In this document: in pieces, positions 1 to 12,608 of the stretch
Numbering within the stretch: position 1 is the stretch's first letter
Layout of the letters: every line of letters begins with the position of its first letter
Origin: Octopus vulgaris
Lineage: Eukaryota
Assembly: GCA_951406725.2 (NCBI GenBank)
Contig: OX597834.1
Coordinates: forward strand, 6,262,001 to 6,326,000
DNA: 64,000 bases
Reading direction: 5' to 3'
The notes under the pieces: generated by a model
The model's database searches: none
Seen by the model: the letters and a program-made list of their open reading frames with translations, nothing else
Told to the model about the DNA's origin: nothing
Made by a program: the position numbers and the translations under genes

Positions 1-403
1 AAATTCCATTGTCTCGACCACGGTCGAACAATGATGTCAATCATTGCCCGGGTCTCACCAACAAATTCAGGAGTTCTTTCCTTAACAGAACAGAGTGAGT
101 TTTCTGAGTTGCTGTACCTTCATAATCACCATTAGACTCATCCAACTCTTTCTGAATCCTCTGCACTCTCCTCAGATCAACACCCAAACACTCTGAAATA
201 TTCATATTGGAGCTTTCGACATGAATGCCAGCATGTCATTTCCAAATTTCTGGCTGAGTGAATTATGTCATAGTGCTGTTTTTCTCACAGACAGTGCCCA
301 ACTGACCCTACTATACTGTGTAGTCAACAAAATTTAAAACAAACAATGCACATGCGTAAAATTAAAAATATAAGATGGCAACAATTTACCCATCACACCC
401 TGT
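1..403 (-). mobile_element. Tc1/mariner-type DNA transposon 5' end (TIR plus decayed N-terminal transposase)
   Basis: Minus strand starts TA-CAGGGTG, a typical Tc1/mariner terminus. It then gives a broken translation ...ISECLGVDLRRVQRIQKELDES...ERTPEFVGETRAMID resembling an HTH N-terminus. Confidence 0.55.
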
Positions 404-410
404 ATATATA

Positions 411-925
411 TCTATAATATAAATTGGATATTGGTGAACGTTGTATTCTTTCTTGTCTTGAGGTTCACAGCCGGCATATACCATTTCGCTAGCAACAAGG
501 GAAGTACAGGATGACAGTCAGCCAAAACTTTCGCTATGCTGGATCGCTTCTTTCACCGCTTTGTGGAGCTAATAATCTTCATCTTTAGTTACAGTTTCTC
601 AGTCAAACTACATAATAGGCAGAATTGTCAGATTAAGACAGTTGGGGTTTCTGAGGGAGATTTGGCTGCTATTTCTAACAGGTCTAGCTACGATGTAGAG
701 GTCTGAAGTTAATTTTCATTCACATATTTGCATTTCAAAAATTTAACATAATTTTTTCCATAAATCAACTACTGTAAAAATTTTCTACCATGACCTCGCA
801 TTTTCTATGTATGTGTGTGTACCTTAAAAGACGTGATTAGACAAAGTTCCAATAGAATAGCTCTCAGAAACAGACCACGTACAAATTCTTTCTTTACAAC
901 TCCTGAAGCTGTTTTCTGACAAGTT
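411..925 (+). mobile_element. Non-autonomous Helitron, 5' portion
   Basis: Begins A|TCTATAATATAAA (5'-TC). Segments 465-540 and 833-923 are near-identical to the reverse complement of 52295-52642, a copy that ends in hairpin plus CTAG. Confidence 0.55.
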
Positions 926-1182
926 GGGTGATTGGGGGCAGGAAATTATATCTGGAGGGAAATTTGTATGTATCTGCACAGGTATAAATACTCTTTTCTG
1001 GTATTCACATATATATACTCACTTCACTACTTTTTATGTGCAGTCCTACTGTGAAAATTTCCACATGTGAATACACGTACTGACCTGCTCTCATGCTTGC
1101 TCCTATTTTGTATGTGTTTATACACCTGTGTGTATGTTTATATATATACATATGCATATGAATATATTGCAATGTGTTTATG

Positions 1183-1223
<41 letters not shown>

Positions 1224-1228
<5 letters not shown>

Positions 1229-1470
1229 TAAATTAGGGTATCTACGAGATACCACCTTTCATCTTGTCTCTTTGTTTTCTCTCTGTGTTGATATGGAGAA
1301 TTAAGGTGGTTTTAGAATCAGATCATGGCTGCTATTTTCAGCATGGTGGTATCTCGTAGATACCCTAATTTATAATTTTAATAATTATTACCTTTGAAGG
1401 TTATTTTTTCCATGCTGACCACTTGATAAAATCGTTATTTTATTTTTAAATTACTGATCTTATCCTTATA
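1224..1470 (+). mobile_element. Penelope-like (PLE) fold-back insert in (TA)n
   Basis: Perfect 33-bp inverted repeat at 1224-1256 / 1345-1377 plus a 3' tail. The tail recurs at 7013-7090 and a related body lies at 34617-34800. Flanked by (TA)n. Confidence 0.5.
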
Positions 1471-1600
1471 CATATATATATATCATATATATATGTTGCC
1501 GGTATAGTTTGTGTCTGTGCAGAGGTTTGAAAAGTTAGGATTTACAAACCGTTAGATCTACATGTGGATCTAGCAGTCTGTGCGTCAGGATGATCAAGGC

Positions 1601-1673
1601 TGTCCCACTGAAGAAACTTGCCTTCAGCGAATATTTTTTGGTGGAAATAGTTAGGAACCGTCGGTCTGGGATA
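1601..1673 (+). ncRNA. Degenerate type I hammerhead ribozyme within a (TA)n-flanked insert (about 1495-1778)
   Basis: tgtccca-CTGAAGA-aact...agtt-a-GGAA-CCGTCGG-TC-tgggata. Stem I pairs with one G-U, stem III ACCGTCGGT is near-palindromic, GUC site present. GAAA is altered to GGAA. Confidence 0.55.
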
Positions 1674-1772
1674 TAGTTGAGATGGTAAATGTTTTTAATT
1701 TTCATTCCTTTTCTGAATGTATCTCTTTTTGTGTTCTAGCACAACGCTTTCCTATTTGGAAGCCTCTTATTG

Positions 1773-1825
<53 letters not shown>

Positions 1826-1829
<4 letters not shown>

Positions 1830-2675
1830 AGTGGTCTGGTTTATAAGTATCTGGACTGTTGCCATAGTAACAAAGCCTAAGCATGCAGAGTAAAGCCACT
1901 TGGCAGAGTCTGACATTGAAATCTGATGTGCATGTACACTAACTTTTAACATTCTGCTTCCTACCCCTGTTTACAGCAGTCTTTGGAAGGAAGGTGTGTA
2001 GTGTGAGATTGTCACATTGACGATGACTGAGCAAATTGAGCAGAGAATCTGCATACAGTTTCACCAAAAGCTTAGTGATACCTGCTCAGAAGCCTACACA
2101 AATTTTTCAAGATGTCTTCATCATTGTCAACACAATGAAGATCTTGAGTAACTGAAACCCGAATGTTTTTGGGTCAGCTGAAAGCAGTTTTTGGTACAAA
2201 CTTGGCTGACACTCGTCTCATACCCAAATTTTCAGTGATAATGGGTTGAACTGAACCGTAATTAATCTGCACATCCTCTGAATACTCACGGATGGCAATT
2301 CGATGATTTACCCACACAGCTGCATGCAAATCTGCAATGTTTTTCTCAGTTTTGCTGGCTGCAGGTCTCCTAGAACATTCGTCAATATCGACATTTTTCG
2401 GCTATCTTTGAAATGGCTGAACCACTTGTTAACTGGTGTGCAGCTCATACACTCCTCTCCATACTCTTTCTGCAACTATGGTCAATGCGACAATCACACG
2501 CTACACACGTTCCTTCCAAGCACTGCTGTAAACAGCAGAAGTGAGCTAGAATGTTAAAACCTAGTGTGCATACACAGCAGAGTTCAAGGTTAATCTTAGG
2601 CAAGTGGCTTCACTCTACGTGTTTTGGTCTCGTCACTATGGCAACAGTCTTGATACTTATTGATCAAACCTTGTA
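1826..2675. mobile_element. Mariner-derived fold-back element with long inverted arms
   Basis: About 1830-2020 is an inverted copy of about 2481-2675, which ends ...TGATCAAACCTTG-TA. Plus strand 2023 encodes MTEQIEQRICIQFHQKL. Minus strand encodes YGEECMS..KWFSHFK and IITENLGMRRVSAKFVPK, which are mariner transposase motifs. Confidence 0.75.
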
Positions 2676-2760
2676 CAACTTATTGCAATACACATATATA
2701 TGTAAGTGCATGTGTGTATGTATGTAGGTGTATTTATATGGGAGGAAGCACTTTTCTTTT

Positions 2761-3118
2761 TGCACTCCGTCGATTATGACGATGAGGGTTCTGGTTGATC
2801 TGAATCAACAGAACAACCTGCTCATGAAATTAACATGTAAGTGGCTGAGCACTCCACAGACACGTGTACCCTTAACATAGTTCTCGGGGATATTCAGCGT
2901 GACACAGAGAGTGACAAGGCCGGCCCCTTTGAAATACAGGTACAACAGAAACAGGAAGTAAGAGTGAGAGGAAGTTGTGGTGAAAGAGTACAGCAGGGAT
3001 CACCACCATCCCCTGCCAGAGCCTCAATAAGCACTCACAACGCCCGGTCTGGGAATCGAAACCGCGATCCTATGACCGCGAGTCTGCTGCCTTAACCACT
3101 GGGCCATTGCGCCTCCAC
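2761..3118 (-). mobile_element. tRNA-derived SINE, family C
   Basis: Head GTGGAGGCGCAATGGCCCAGTGGTT (A box) ... GGTTTCGATTCCC (B box). Near-identical copy at 31662-32048. Confidence 0.8.
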
Positions 3119-3325
3119 TGTATTTATATGAATATACATGTGGATCTGAATGCAGATACACACAGACCCACATGTATGTTTCTTTCCATGTGTGTGTATA
3201 TATGTGCAAAAACACACATACACACACACACACATGTGGGTATGTTGTAGGAGTGTTTATATTTGCATGCACAAGGCATATATACACATATATATATGTT
3301 TATATATTCACATATTGACTTCGAT

Positions 3326-3962
3326 ATAACTGACTTACCCCACTCTCTCTCTCTCTCTCTCCCTCTCATTCAAAACTGCTGGCCTTGTGCCAAAATCTGA
3401 AACCAATATTAATAAACAGGCAGGTGTAAATGGGCATTACAGCTTTTAGAAATTAGGGCATTAATATAGAATACTTTAAACACTGGAACTATATATTACT
3501 TTCTAATGTTCAAATTAAAATTACGTTTCCATCTTGCAATTCATATTTTTTTAACAAATTTCATGTTGAAAGGAAAATATTTAGCAAATAGACTGATAAA
3601 ATATTTATCTGGAAATGATATATAAGTATCGTAGATAACATATATTAGACATTGACACGAGAGATTTATGGAGAATAATTATTATACTAATTATAATTTA
3701 TATGAAAGACAAAATAATTTGAAACAAACATTACCGAAGAAGAAAACAAAATTCCGATTAAAACGGTTATCAACGAATTTTATATATGAATCCCTAGAAT
3801 TCTTCAGTTTATGAGCATTCCTCATGCAAATAGCTGAGCAAATTATACAGAGTAAATACGACATTAACTAAAATCTTGAAAGAAAATTATTTGAGGGATA
3901 AATGCTGTGATACACGATTTAAAACTATCAGAGATGCAATTACCGGCACTTTTAATATAATT
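3326..3962 (+). repeat. Local direct duplication, copy 1 (copy 2 at 19309-19941)
   Basis: About 570 bp (3390-3962) of unique-looking AT-rich DNA is almost identical to 19368-19941, with a shared SINE-remnant start. Confidence 0.85.
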
Positions 3963-4324
3963 CAATTATAGACAATTTGTTTACTTTGTGCAGATAAATA
4001 GTTCAATAAATGCTTGGTGAAATCATTAAGATCAAGTTTAGAAATATGTGATTTATAGTTTAACTGAACACACAGAAACACACAGAAACACACGCATATC
4101 TTCATATACTAAGGGCAACATATGTATTCTTTGATCTGTAGGCCACAGATTTGCACCAAAGTAACTGAAAATTTGTACAGGAGCACATCTTTTGATGGAA
4201 AATGTAACAGACTTTGTAGCAATTTTTTAATAACAATTATTAATTGATTTAAGTTCATTTTCTTTCTAGCTGTCATATAATTAGTAATTAGTATTGATAA
4301 TCATTGCCAATTTGTATAACTTTA

Positions 4325-4610
4325 TGCATATGTGTGCGTGTGTGTGGGGGGGGATGCATGTGTGTGTGTATGTGTGTGAGTGTGTGTGTGAGTGTGTGTG
4401 TATGTGTGTGTGTGTATGTGTATGTGTGTGTGAGTGTGTGTGTATGTGTGTGTGTATGTGTGTGAGTGTGTGTGTATGTATGTGAGTGTGTGTGGATGCG
4501 TGTGTATGTATGTGTGTGTGAGTGTGTGTGTGCGTATGTGTGTGTATGTGTGTGTGTGCATGTGTGTGTGTATGTGTGTATGTGTGTGGATGCGTGCGCA
4601 TGTGTGTGTG
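4325..4610. repeat. (TG)n-type compound microsatellite
   Basis: Directly visible. Confidence 0.95.
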
Positions 4611-4614
4611 TCCC

Positions 4615-5075
4615 CTCTCCATTCTCCTCTATGGGGCTGAAACATGGCCACTTTCAAAAACCCCGGTAAAGAGGATTAACAGCTTCAATAGCAGAGCCCT
4701 GAGAACCATTGGGAACATCAGATGACACCATCGCATTCCCGACAAAGATTTGCAGGCTCACAGGGATTATCCTGCAGCCTCCCACCTCACAGTAATCCAT
4801 CACATGTGCTCATACAGACATTTCCTCTGTCCCCTGCTAGATCATCCTACCAGAGCTTAACTCTCATTCAGTTCAGCAGCTGCAGGCTGGAAGAGACTTC
4901 ATGGCAGGCCCTGCCCCAGATGGCTGGATGTGATTAAGGAAGACCTCCAGAGGCTCTGCATCCCCTTGGAGCATGTAGAAGGGGTTGGCATAGGACTACC
5001 AGTGATGGAAAGCGCTAGCGGCCCTGGTTGGCTCTATGCATGATGATGCATCTGGGACCAGTAACCTGGGATGAC
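4615..5075 (+). mobile_element. RTE-clade LINE C-terminal remnant
   Basis: [32 protein letters not shown] followed by a decayed W.R..GRP..RWLD.IKEDL-like segment. Confidence 0.65.
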
Positions 5076-5478
5076 CTCAGCCCTACACATACATGCATTC
5101 CCCATGTTATAGCTATCTTGGGGTATGTGATTTGGGCCTTATGGAAGTTATAAAGTATAAATGCTTTTGGGGGGATATGGGTCTGTAAGTTCTGCCTTAC
5201 AAAAACTGAAATAAATTCTAAATGTTTAAAAACTTTCTTGTTAGCCAGAATGCTACTTCCCAGCATTTTTGCTACGATTAAATTAGTTAACAGTTTGAAA
5301 AATATATAATCCTGATACATAAATGTATGTGTGTGTGTGTGTGTGTGTGTTTCTGCACACATGCAGTTGTTGTATGTATTTATGTATGCTTGACTATGAA
5401 CACATTTGTGTGTTAGTGTATACTTTCCTGAGTAACAATATATATACGTATAGATGTAAGTATGTACATATACATATG

Positions 5479-5522
<44 letters not shown>

Positions 5523-5529
5523 TATATAT

Positions 5530-5918
5530 CTTTCTTTTACTTGTTTCAGTCGTCTGACCGCGGCCATGCTGGAGCACCGCCTTTAATCGAGCAACTCGAC
5601 CCCGGGACTTATTCTCTTGTAAGCCCAGTACTTATTCTATCAGTCTCTTTTGCCGAACCGCTAAGTAACAGGGACATAAACACACCAGCATCGGTTGTCA
5701 AACAATGCTAGGGGGACAAACACATACATGCATATATTTATATATACATATATACGACGGGCTTCTTTCAGTTTCCATCTACCAAATCCACTCACAAGGC
5801 TTTAGTCGACCCGAGGCTATAGTAGAAGACACTTGCCCAAGGTGCCACGTAGTGGAACTGAACCCGGAACCATGTGGTTGGTAAACAAGCTACTTACCAC
5901 ACAGCCACTCCTGCGCCT
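5530..5918 (-). mobile_element. tRNA/CORE-type SINE, family A, full length
   Basis: Head GGCGCAGGAGTGGCTGTGTGGTAAG...GGTTCAGTTCC, CORE-like GGCACCTTGGGCAAGTG, internal (TA)n, tail CCAGCATGGCCGC..ACTGAAACAAG. More than 15 copies in the window. Confidence 0.85.
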
Positions 5919-5942
5919 ATATATATATATACATATAATTTT

Positions 5943-6282
5943 ATCATCATCGTTTAACGTCCGTTTTCCATGCTAGCATGGGTTGGACGGTTCGACCGGG
6001 ATCTGGGAAGCCAGGAGGCTGCACCAGGCTCCAGTCTGATTTGGTAGTGTTTCTACGGCTGGATGTCCTTCCTAACGCCAACCACTCAATGAGTGTAGTG
6101 GGTGCTTTTTATGTGCCACTAGCACAGGTGCCAGACGAGGCTGGCAGCGGCCATGATTGGTTTGTGCTTTTTGTATGCCACCGGCACGGAAGCCAGTCAA
6201 GGTGGTGCTGGCATCGACCACGTGTGGATGGTGCTTTTTACGTGCCACCAGCACAGGTGCTAGGGGAGGCTGGCAACGGCCC
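5943..6282 (-). mobile_element. RTE LINE 3'UTR fragment (family D)
   Basis: Repeated GGCACGTAAAAAGCACC units, GGTTGGCGTTAGGAAGG, and a CGTTAAACGATGATGAT tail. Linked to an RTE C-terminal coding segment at 37255-37385. Confidence 0.75.
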
Positions 6283-6499
6283 CAGGAGGCTAGGGGGAGA
6301 GAGGGGAGAGAGAGGATGAGGGAGAGAGAGATAGAGTAAAGTGGAATGTTTTCTTAGTTCATATTAGAATTACAAGGGGTGTAGTGCTCATGATTCTGGT
6401 TGCCAGGTTCATATGAAATTAGTTTTCTGATAATGTGAACGTAGAATATATCCCAAGAAAGAAACCGGGTGGAGCAAAGAAGTTGTTCTTTGCTTTATC

Positions 6500-6720
6500 C
6501 AATAAATCAACTTCAAGCTGAAAACTTTCAAACAACTTAATTGACAGACAGGAAGAATATAGTAAAAGACTTCTGGAAGCCTTCTAGCATGATGGAATGC
6601 TGTGGATAACAGCTGAGTGATGGGATAAAATGAACCCCTCAACTTTAAATAATGCTTGGAAAAATATATGGCTAGACTGTATCCAGGATTTCATAAAGTT
6701 TGTAGAAAGAAATGATGTGG
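6500..6720 (+). mobile_element. pogo/Tigger-like transposase remnant
   Basis: WDKMNPSTLNNAWKNIWLDCIQDF resembles the C-terminal end of the Tigger/pogo DDE domain. Confidence 0.45.
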
Positions 6721-7086
6721 CTTAAGCATCAAAGAATTTTGGATAAGTTTTACGCCTTTCAAGTGTAGATGATGACTTATAAGATAGATGGCAGTTCTCT
6801 TCACAGTCCCAGTAACTCTCATTCCTTCACCATCATTCTTCACAAAGTAGTCAACTTTATTCATGGTAAGAATGTGCGCTATTACAATACTATGATTTTT
6901 GTTTACTCCTCAATGTATTTCTCATCAAATGCTTTTATATATACAGAGGGTGTGTAGATATATATATATATGTGTATGTATATACATATATATATATTAA
7001 AATTATTAAAAATTTTGAAGGTTATTTTTTCCATGCTGACCACTTAATAAAATCGTTATTTTATTTTTAAAATAACGATCATGTCC

Positions 7087-7135
<49 letters not shown>

Positions 7136-7140
<5 letters not shown>

Positions 7141-7645
7141 AAGTCAAATTGCGATAAAATAAAATTAATTATTATCGCTGGTATTTCTAGCACAAGCCAT
7201 ATATTATTCATATATCAGTACATTAAGGCGAAATATGTGCTAGAAACACAGAAGCTAGATAAATTTAGTGAAATGAAAATAAAAACATTTACTAACTCGG
7301 TTCCTCTTAGACTGCAGTTTCGTTCTTTTCAGCAATAAAGATAATTTATTTGCTCAGGGAGAATTCATCGGTAAGAGCCCTGTTGTTCTGAGATCCTAAC
7401 TCACTAGAAGCATGTGCTTCTAATGATTTGCTCTCTCTAACTAATCAGATCACTGCGCAGACTCAGAACGTCCCGACAAAACTAGGGATTTCTGGTATAT
7501 TGTCTAACGCTCAAAATTTATCGAGAAATATGTAAACAAGTCAAATTGCGATAAAATAAAATTAATTATTATCGCTGGTATTTCTAGCACAAGCCATATA
7601 TTATTCATATATCAGTACATTAAGGCGAAATATGTGCTAGAAACA
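7136..7645 (-). mobile_element. Retrozyme/PLE-like partial tandem: 397-bp monomer plus 113-bp terminal direct repeat
   Basis: 7136-7248 is identical to 7533-7645. Flanked by (TA)n. Contains a hammerhead at 7304-7377. Confidence 0.7.
7304..7377 (-). ncRNA. Type I hammerhead ribozyme (CCGAUGA core variant)
   Basis: Minus strand: ctctta-CCGATGA-attct..agcaa..ttgct..agaac-GAAA-CTGCAG-TC-taagag. 6-bp stem I, palindromic stem III ACTGCAGT, GUC site. Confidence 0.7.
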
Positions 7646-8099
7646 TATATATTAGGCTTTAAAAAGAGCCGTTATTGTTGGTTTCCTTGTCCTGTTTTTA
7701 TTCTTTATTTGTACTGTTTTTTTCTTCATTTGTATTGCTTTTACGTCCTGTTCTTGTCACTTTTTTTACCCCTCTGCAAAAGAATTTTATTTAATTCATT
7801 TTGCAGGAAGGACTGTTTCGGCCAGATCGTGTTCTGCCCTTACCTTCGAAACACGCATTGAGTCGAAACAGGGGCAGCTGAAGAAGGGGAATATTCCTTG
7901 TGTTGTTTGTCTTGTACTCTGTTTTTTTGTTGTTAAAAAAAGTCCTTTTCCTTGTTTGATTTTATGTTTTCATTTCTTGTTGTGTTCTACGTTTATTTGT
8001 GGTGTCCTGTACTCATATATGCATGTATATATATACATACAGATGTAGGTGTGTACATATATGTATGTATGTATGCATATGTTTTATTTATTAAATTGT

Positions 8100-8132
<33 letters not shown>

Positions 8133-8136
8133 TAGT

Positions 8137-8167
<31 letters not shown>

Positions 8168-8171
8168 TAGT

Positions 8172-8202
<31 letters not shown>

Positions 8203-9485
8203 ACAACTGGATTCTTTAAGTTTCCGTCTATCAAATCTACTCACAAAGCTTTGGTCAGCCCAAAGCTATAGCAGAAGACATCTGCCCTAGGTGCCACACT
8301 GTGGAACTGAACCCAGAACCATGTGACTGTAAAACAAACTTCTTATTACACACCTATCTTTGTAAACATAAAATATTTTGTTAAGAAAGTGTATTTTCTT
8401 TGAAAGAGAAGTAATTTTCATTTTGTACATTATTTATATGCAGGGGTTAGACAACAAGGTCGTACTTTTAATATATTTACATTTCATTTTAGCATGTAAC
8501 TCTAAAGCAAGAATGGTTTCTTCTTTCATGTGATCTGTCCCTAAGAGAAATTACTGCAAAAGTAAATAACTAGATAAAATAAGGAATAAAAAATAAGAAA
8601 TATTAAGGAAAAATATCTTAATGAGTGAATAAGAGAAAGAAAGACATTTCCACAAAACAGCTTAGTATCACAGGTAACAGCTTTGACAATAATAACAGGC
8701 ATATATATTCTTTGTTCAGTTTGGCGAACAATAACAAAATGCAATCACTTGCAAACGTTCTTTTCATAAAATCCCATTAATATGGAACATTTTGACGAGA
8801 GAAAGTAAAGCCTGGCAGAATTCTGTCCACAAGACAGGAGCCAGTGTGCCATAATCTATCTCACAGTGCATAAATGAGGAAAGGTAATTTACCTGTGTTT
8901 TGGCAAGGTTACAGAGGCTTTCCTTATTTTTTTTTTTTTCTTCCAATAGGAATTGAAGACATCCCTGTCAGACACTTCAAGTGAAATTTATACAGGAAGA
9001 GACGTGGGAGAAATGGGAAGAGAGATGGGTGGAGAGAGGGGAGAGAAAGAGAGAGGAGAGAGAGAGAGAGAGGGGGAGAGAGAGAGTATGGAATACATAT
9101 GTCATCTTTAGACTAGAGGATAGTGCTAAAGGGCCATCTCAAATTTCATGCAACACATCTGCTCATCAGCTGGTTCTGATGGACTTTTGTAGGAGAACCC
9201 ATAATGTCAATAAATTCAGTGATGATGGTGATCTCTGGCTAGGAATCATCTTTTAGACACGGTACTAGCAGATGGTCAATACCGAAATTTTCAAGTAAAT
9301 TTTTGTAAGTTGCCATGACCATACATAATCGTGAAATGATAACAAAGTTGTGTCTCATAGAGTGTGCTGAGAGAAAAGCCTTAAAACTTGGAATCCAGCA
9401 CAGAAGGCCCAGTGATTTATTTGTGCCTGTAAAAGCCATTTAAGAGCTTTCTGTTCAAAAGGAATAATAGGACAAAAACCATAAT

Positions 9486-9720
9486 ACCTATTTCTTTACT
9501 GCCCACAAGGGGCTACACACAGAGGGGAAAAAACAAGGACAGACAAACGGATTAAGTTGATTATATCGACCCCAGTGCATAACTGGTACTTAATTTATCG
9601 ACCCTGAAAGGATGAAAGGCAAAGTCGACCATGGCGGAATTTGAACTCAGAACGTAGCGGCAGACGAAATATCACTAAGCATTTTGCCCGGTGTGCTAAC
9701 GTTACTGCCAGCTCGCTGCC
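9486..9720 (-). mobile_element. tRNA-derived SINE, family B
   Basis: Head GGCAGCGAGCTGGCAG...GAGTTCAAATTCC and central GCCTTTCATCCTTTC.GGGTCGATAAATTAAGTACCAG. Other copies at 10529, 20200, 25170, 27301 and 35654. Confidence 0.8.
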
Positions 9721-9814
9721 ATAATACCAGCAACAAATCATGGAGGCTGATGGACCCCAGACAGTAGTGAGCAGAGCACAACACTTGAAAGAAATCCCTT
9801 TGTCTTCATAAGCA

Positions 9815-10225
9815 GGAGTTAGCACCAGTGGCACGTGACCTGCTGTGCTTGAGGATCCCTATTGAGTCAAGTACATCAACATCAAAATAAATATCAAATG
9901 GAAATTGTAGTTGTGATCCCTGTGCTGGTCGCATGTAAAAAGCACCATCCGAACGTGGCCGATGCCAGTGCCACCTTGACTGGCTTCTGTGCTGGCAGCA
10001 CGTAAAAAGCACCAACCGATCGTGGCCGTTTGCCAGCCTCCTCTGGCACCTGTGCCGGTGGCACGTAAAAAGCATCCACTACACTCACGGAGTGGTTGGC
10101 GTTAGGAAGGGTATCCAGCTGTAGAAACTCTGCCAGATCAGACTGGAGACTGGTGCAGCCTCCTGGCTTCCCAGACCCCGGTCGAACCGTCCAACCCATG
10201 CTGAGATGGAAAACGGATGTTAAAC

Positions 10226-10262
<37 letters not shown>
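9815..10262 (+). mobile_element. RTE LINE 3'UTR fragment (family D) with (GAT)n tail
   Basis: Same motifs as 5943-6282. Confidence 0.75.
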
Positions 10263-10263
<1 letters not shown>

Positions 10264-10528
10264 GGATGAACCTCAACTGACAAAGACAATAAGAATCATT
10301 GATAACAGCAACAATGGTGAGAACTGAATCACCAGGCAGCCCTTCTTCACAGTAACCCCACATCATTTAGTTATGATATGGTGCTACACATGGAAGTCAT
10401 AGGGAATCAGAGTGGAACTAGCAGACAAAACATTGGAAGATGTATATGAAACACATAAAATCATGAGGATGGATACATCTCACGTAAAGAGGAAACATTC
10501 TGCTGTGAGAAGACATTTGCCAAAGATA

Positions 10529-10760
10529 AGGCAGTGAGCTGGCAAAAACGTTAGTATGCCGGGTGAAATGCTTAGAGGTATTTCATCCGCCGTTGCGTTC
10601 TGAGTTAAAATTCTGCTGAGGTCGACTATGCCTTTTATCCTTTCGGGGTCGATAAATTAAGTACCAGTCACGCATTGGGGTCGATGTAATTGACTTAATC
10701 CGTTTGTCTGTCTTTGTTTGTCCCCTCTGTGTTTAGCCCTTTGCAGGCAATAAAAAACAA
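10529..10760 (+). mobile_element. SINE family B
   Basis: Full-length match to the family B pattern. Confidence 0.8.
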
Positions 10761-11049
10761 TAATAATAAGATGAGCACCTTTCTAGTGAGGAGAAGCCTG
10801 CCTCCTGTGAAAAGGACCCTGCTGTTACTGAACTGTAATCCATCTTCTTTTGCAAGTGAAATGACCTCCACATTCATTTGAAAGGCCAACAAGTGTGTAA
10901 TAGAAAATGTATATAAAAAATGCAAAAGAACGCTCACAAAGAAATGGTTGATTGGACAGGTGATGGGATCAAATTACAAAGGGAGAAGATGGAAGAATGA
11001 TTGACTGTTAGTGCAAATGTCCAAAACATATTATTGGGTTTTACATGTA

Positions 11050-11245
11050 TACTTCCGGGAGAAGGACATCATGCTCGGAATGGTCAGTAGCAAGAGAGGA
11101 AGAGGCCAACCAAGAACCTGCTGGCTTGACACCATCAAGAGTGATACCGGAATGGACATAGCCAATCTGAAAGAAGTGGCCCAGGATAGAACTGGCTGGA
11201 GGACACTGATCCAATGAGTGACCGAGAGTCGCCTTCGACTGAGCA
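11050..11245 (+). mobile_element. RTE (BovB-like) LINE 3' end
   Basis: EKDIMLGMVSSKRGRGQPRTCWLDTIKSDTG..LKEVAQDRTGWRTLIQ.VTESR, then a (GATA)n tail. Confidence 0.8.
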
Positions 11246-12055
11246 GATAGATAGATAGATAGATGTACACTATCCCAGAATAAAGGCCCTGCTTTAGTCA
11301 GTGAGCTCCTCACTGAGGATTCTGAAATCCCTAGCCAGGATTCTGAAATCTCTACCCAGGATTCTGAAATCTCTGCCCATAGGAGGTTGGTGATGAAATG
11401 GCTCGGGATAAAGTCTACAGGTATGGAAATACTGTCAGCTGATTCTGCACAAGTTGCACAGCCCCAAAACTGTTCTGCACACGCTCATCCAGTGTCCAAG
11501 CATTGTTGTCATGTGGAGTTAGGTTGAACACGTAATGTCGCATGCTGAATGGATCCAATTATCAGCTGAGTCCCTTGTGAAGATCACCTTTCTTCACTGC
11601 TTTCTTTTGGCCAGAGAGGACATGAAGGGTTCATCAGTCTGGCGGTTTTAGTAAAAGCGGTTGTGTGATGGCCTAGGTGGGGGCCAAACCCTCATTAACT
11701 TTTCCAAGCTTCACTTGAAAAAGAAGTGCTGCCACCTAGTAAATATTTTGAAAAGTGGATGCGAGTAACAAGAATGGACCAAATAAATGGACTTGTTCTG
11801 AATACACACCTGCAGATTAAAGAAGGAAGATGAGGAAAGGGCACTTGCACTAGTAATCAAGGTGAACATGGTTGAGTGGGGTTTGCATGATTGGTCCTCA
11901 GAGGTCTCCTTTCGTTGCAGGGAATTATTTCTTGTTTGAAATTTTTATTGTTCCTTTCTGTTATTTTACTGCTTAAATGCTTTTATGATATCCTACATTG
12001 TATTATTCTGTACTGGCCTCAATCTTTTTGTAAACCCACCGTGGTTAATAAAGAA

Positions 12056-12103
<48 letters not shown>

Positions 12104-12154
12104 TTTATTATTTTTATTATTATTTTTATTATTATATGCATACTTTCCTTCTAT

Positions 12155-12590
12155 GCATACCTTTCCTTCTTGGGACACAAAACTCTACGTGTGAAGACCT
12201 GTTGAGGTAAGTGAGAATCAAAATTAAAATCAAAATCGAAATCGATCAACATCAATGGAAATTGTAGCTGTGATACCAGTGTCGGTGGCACGTAAGAGAA
12301 CCATCCAAACGTGGCTGTTGCCAGCACCGCCTTGCCTGGCCTCCATGCCGGTGGCATGTAAAAAGCACCATCTGATTGTGGCCGTTTGCCAGCCTCATCT
12401 GGCTCCTGTGCTGGTGGCATGTAAAAAGCACCCACTACACTCACGGAGTGGTTGGCGTTAGTAAGGGCATCCAATCGTAGAAACATTGCCAGATCAGACT
12501 GGGCCTACTGCAGCCTCCTGGCTTCCCAGACCCCGGTTGAACCGTTCAACCCATGCTAGTATGGAAGGTGGATGCTAAATGATGATGATG
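12155..12590 (+). mobile_element. RTE LINE 3'UTR fragment (family D)
   Basis: Family D motifs and (GAT)n tail. Confidence 0.75.
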
Positions 12591-12608
12591 ATTATTATTA
12601 TTATTATT

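Noticed and set aside
3040-3118. SINE heads as true tRNA genes
   Set aside because: A and B boxes are present but they continue into repeat bodies, and I could not support a complete cloverleaf or acceptor stem.
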